DNA from: Chiloscyllium plagiosum
Taxonomy: Eukaryota
NCBI RefSeq assembly: GCF_004010195.1
Contig: NC_057718.1
Span: 47,885,803 to 47,949,802, forward strand
Direction of reading: 5' to 3'
Length of the DNA stretch: 64,000 nucleotides
Shown: one piece after another, positions 61,076-64,000 of the stretch
How positions within the stretch are numbered: position 1 is the stretch's first letter
How the letters are laid out: every line of letters begins with the position of its first letter
Position numbers and translations under genes: made by a program
Notes under the pieces: generated by a model
What the model was told of the DNA's origin: nothing
Database searches by the model: none
Seen by the model: the letters and a program-made list of their open reading frames with translations, nothing else

Positions 61076-61759
61076 TTAGTTCTCCTATAAAATGCCAGAG
61101 TTGCGTTTTCATGTGACACCCTGGAACCATACCAACCTGGACCAGGGTTACAATCCAGGCTTGTGCAGTCTCAATCATCTGAAGGAATACTCAATGTTGG
61201 AAGAAGATCAATGACCTTCTCCATTCTGCCAGTGAAAGTACCACCATCTTCAGGATAATATCTTATACTCACTCTCTCTCTGTCACTGTACCCACCATTT
61301 TCCTGCAACATCTTCCACACTTACCCTCATCATCGCTAATATCTGACTCGGACTAACCTGGAATCTCTTCTGTACAGCCTCGTCACCCCCTCAGGACAAC
61401 TCCACACATGCATCAAAAGTAGCAGTATGTTTGCCACCTTTATCTTTCTCACCATAGGCAGAGTTTACTGACTCTGACCACATCCTAGTCCCTGTACTGG
61501 TTTTTCTTTGCAGTTAATCACCATAGTGATTAGTCACTGAAACAGATTCACAGGAGTCTGCAGATGTTCTTTAGCATGTAAAAGAAATTTTTTAAACAAA
61601 AAGAGTAAAAAGCTCTTAATACAAACAACAAAGCCAAGTTTCAAACTGCATCTCAACACTGTCCTTTTATGGCTGGCCAATTCCAGTGAAATTTCATTCT
61701 TATCTCAACTTTCAGTTTTTAAATTAAGATTGTTCCCAGCTTCTTGCCTTCAGGCTGAA

Positions 61760-63450
61760 GAGACATTTTTCACGATACTTTTCAAAGTCCACGCACAAAT
61801 ACTTCACAATACCTTTCACGAAGCTCTTCGCAAGAAAGTGCACAAACCGACTGATCACGTGACGCTGATGCAGAGTCCACGCCTCGGTGCACCGTGATAC
61901 CTAGTGCCAACGATGAGAATTGAATAAAAGCGAACGAATGTTCGCTTTATTACAAAAAAAGTCAGCAATTCACAAGCCACATTACAGACAATGCATGTTT
62001 AATAAATGTTTGTTAAAGGAGAACTACCTGTAGTGGAACAATTTGACTATGGGTGCACCTCGACCTGGAATGAGGATTCCGGACTTATAACTAGATTTAC
62101 CATCATCACTCTACCCTCATTTAAACTTGCAAATAATACGTTTTTTATTTTAAAAAATTCAGCAAAATCTTGTTCTAAACTTCCGAAACCTGCCTCCAGG
62201 ACATGTTTGAATGTGGAAACTATGAGGCTATGTTTATCGGGGTCTATGCAAGATAAGAAGCAGGCATGAAAGAAGGCAGGAATGTTATTTGTCAGTTATT
62301 AAAACAAACCTAAGTGTTATCCAGGTCCTACTGCACGTGGACAAGGATGGATTCATTACCTGTGTAGCTGAAAATGGAACTGAACAGTGTGCATAAAACT
62401 ATATTCGCACATCATATCCTGTGCTGGAAGACTGTTCATTGATGAAACAGTTGCTTGGCAGTTGGGGAATTCCCGCAGCAATATCTTGGGATTCAGAGGA
62501 TTGGCCTCTAACACAACCATATTCATTGGTGGCCAGCTACAACTTTGGCTCAAATTTTCTATCCTGACTCTCACTGACATGAGTTTTACTAGAGCTCCTT
62601 GGCATCAAATTTGATCAAATGTCCAACATGAAATCAAAATACGATCTGATTTTCTCCATCCAAAGAGTATTGAACAGTCACTTTCACCACATGTATGGCA
62701 TTCGCCTCTTTCACAGAAAAGTTCAGGCCAAGTTAATTAAGAGACTGCTGTACAAAGCACTCTTTCAATGATTGATAACTGCTTAGAAAGCACTCAAGTA
62801 ACCTTGAGCTGTACGCCTTGCTTCCACCATGGCATGGGAGCAACTAATGTAGCTCTACCTCTGATGTATCTCTGCTAAAATCACAGACCATATCCAGGCA
62901 ACTACTGCAGCAGCAAAATTATCAGCATCTACCTTCTCCTCAGCCACATACTCCTACATGGCCCAAACGATACAGATAATAAGATGTAGTTGGAAGGAGG
63001 CGAGAGCTCCAATGGAGAGTTTATATAAATTGGACAATACCTTAACACAAGCACCTACCCACTTACATTGTTGTAAATACCTACTGTTCCTCCAACACTG
63101 ATGTTCCTCTACCATCGTTGGCTGTTTGTACACTACTATATGTCTGTCCTCTGGAATTCTCCACTCCATTCCCTCCTCTTTGCTTATTTCACGATTGTTA
63201 AATACTTCAAGTTCTATCTTTTCAGATGTGCGTCAGGCTCCCTACCCTAGTCCATTAATCTTCTTGATGTCCACTGCCTCCCTTTCCTCCATACTATATA
63301 GAAATAAGACAGAATCCTGTGTGAGAAGAATCAGTTCGATGTAACTGCAAATGATTGTTCATTCTGAATGCACAGGCCTACATTTTGGTCACATTTTCTG
63401 GTGAAAGCCTAAGAAACGTTCCATACATCAAGCCAAATGTAATTTTGACC
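61760..63450 (-). mobile_element. Highly degraded Ngaro/DIRS-like (tyrosine-recombinase) retrotransposon
   Basis: Ordered remnants on -: EDRHIVV..GTSV (compare RxIVDLS.P.G.SVN); VGACVKVLSNLYKL (compare G.GC...KVDL..AY); YILLSVSFG (compare YxD..LPFG); DADNFAAA (compare YIDDF.GA); LN*LGLNFS; RNase H-like NMVVLEA..NCQATVSSMNS..QFHFQL..VHV..DNT; then a CpG-rich terminal region. Confidence 0.5.
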
Positions 63451-64000
63451 AACCAATATTATACACATATCATTTATGAAAGTACATGAACTTAGACCTA
63501 AAATGTCAGGAAAATCTTAGCAACCTTGACATCTGAAATTACTTCATGCAATAACTGTTGAGTCCACTATTTTAATCATAATCTGCTTTATCAATTTATA
63601 CTCAAAAAGAAACAAAACATATGAGATTGTGTGTGTAATTTGGACTTAAAATCAATGATTAGTTTCCAAATGTTCATTCAAGATCAAAAGTACAGGAATA
63701 ATACGGTCAAGTAATTAATATAGTTGTGACTGAAACAATTTATTTACTGACAAAACCGATTGTTAAATTGCAAAATTTAAGTAGTAGCAAATCTCTCCAG
63801 ATTATACAAACCTAATATATTTGTGAATTTGGTTTATCTGGAGAGAAAAAAAAAAGATCAGTTGATAACAACTATATGGTATCAATTTATATCTCAAAGA
63901 CAAAAAACGTTCAACATTCTGGAATTCTTCTTTAATCTGTTCATGGGATGTAGGTGATTGAGACTAGGCCAGCAGTCATTGCCAAATCTTAAATTAAGGC

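Noticed and set aside
62028..62110. - strand segment ending ..PIVKLFHYR|gtag, resembling the missing LPGAT1 exon (..PTVTHVHYR)
   Set aside because: It lacks the conserved LQWIIDTTIAYP..DIQTWILG and a good acceptor, and it lies within the Ngaro-like relic. The true exon is probably beyond the window.
1..64000. CRISPR arrays, operons or prokaryotic defence systems
   Set aside because: The sequence is vertebrate, with spliceosomal introns; no regularly spaced repeat-spacer array was seen.

Overview
Eukaryotic, repeat-rich vertebrate DNA. The repeat complement (HE1/V-SINE-like SINEs, abundant CR1 LINEs, Penelope-like elements) points to a cartilaginous fish, probably a shark; this is an inference. 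Two host genes are supported by splice-phase-consistent exons. The last six coding exons of INTS7 lie on + (5530-15857) and include a GT-AG U12-type minor intron at 5634-6799. The last two coding exons of LPGAT1 lie on - (40577-40471 and 27923-27760), tail-to-tail with INTS7. Most of the rest is transposon debris: CR1 and other LINEs, RTE, L1/Tx1, SINEs, a degenerate two-gene PIF/Harbinger element and a degraded Ngaro/DIRS-like element. The most system-like signal is a Penelope family. A young, 5'-truncated coding copy (34565-36868, broken by an assembly gap) sits alongside four ~200-bp fold-back mini-elements made only of two inverted pseudo-LTRs (three from this family, one from a related family). 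These have ~12-15 bp target-site duplications and carry minimal hammerhead-ribozyme cores (CUGANGA-stem II-GAAAC-GUC), intact or decayed. Nearly all ORFs in the supplied track are TE fragments or noise. Protein and repeat assignments come from recalled family motifs, not from database searches.
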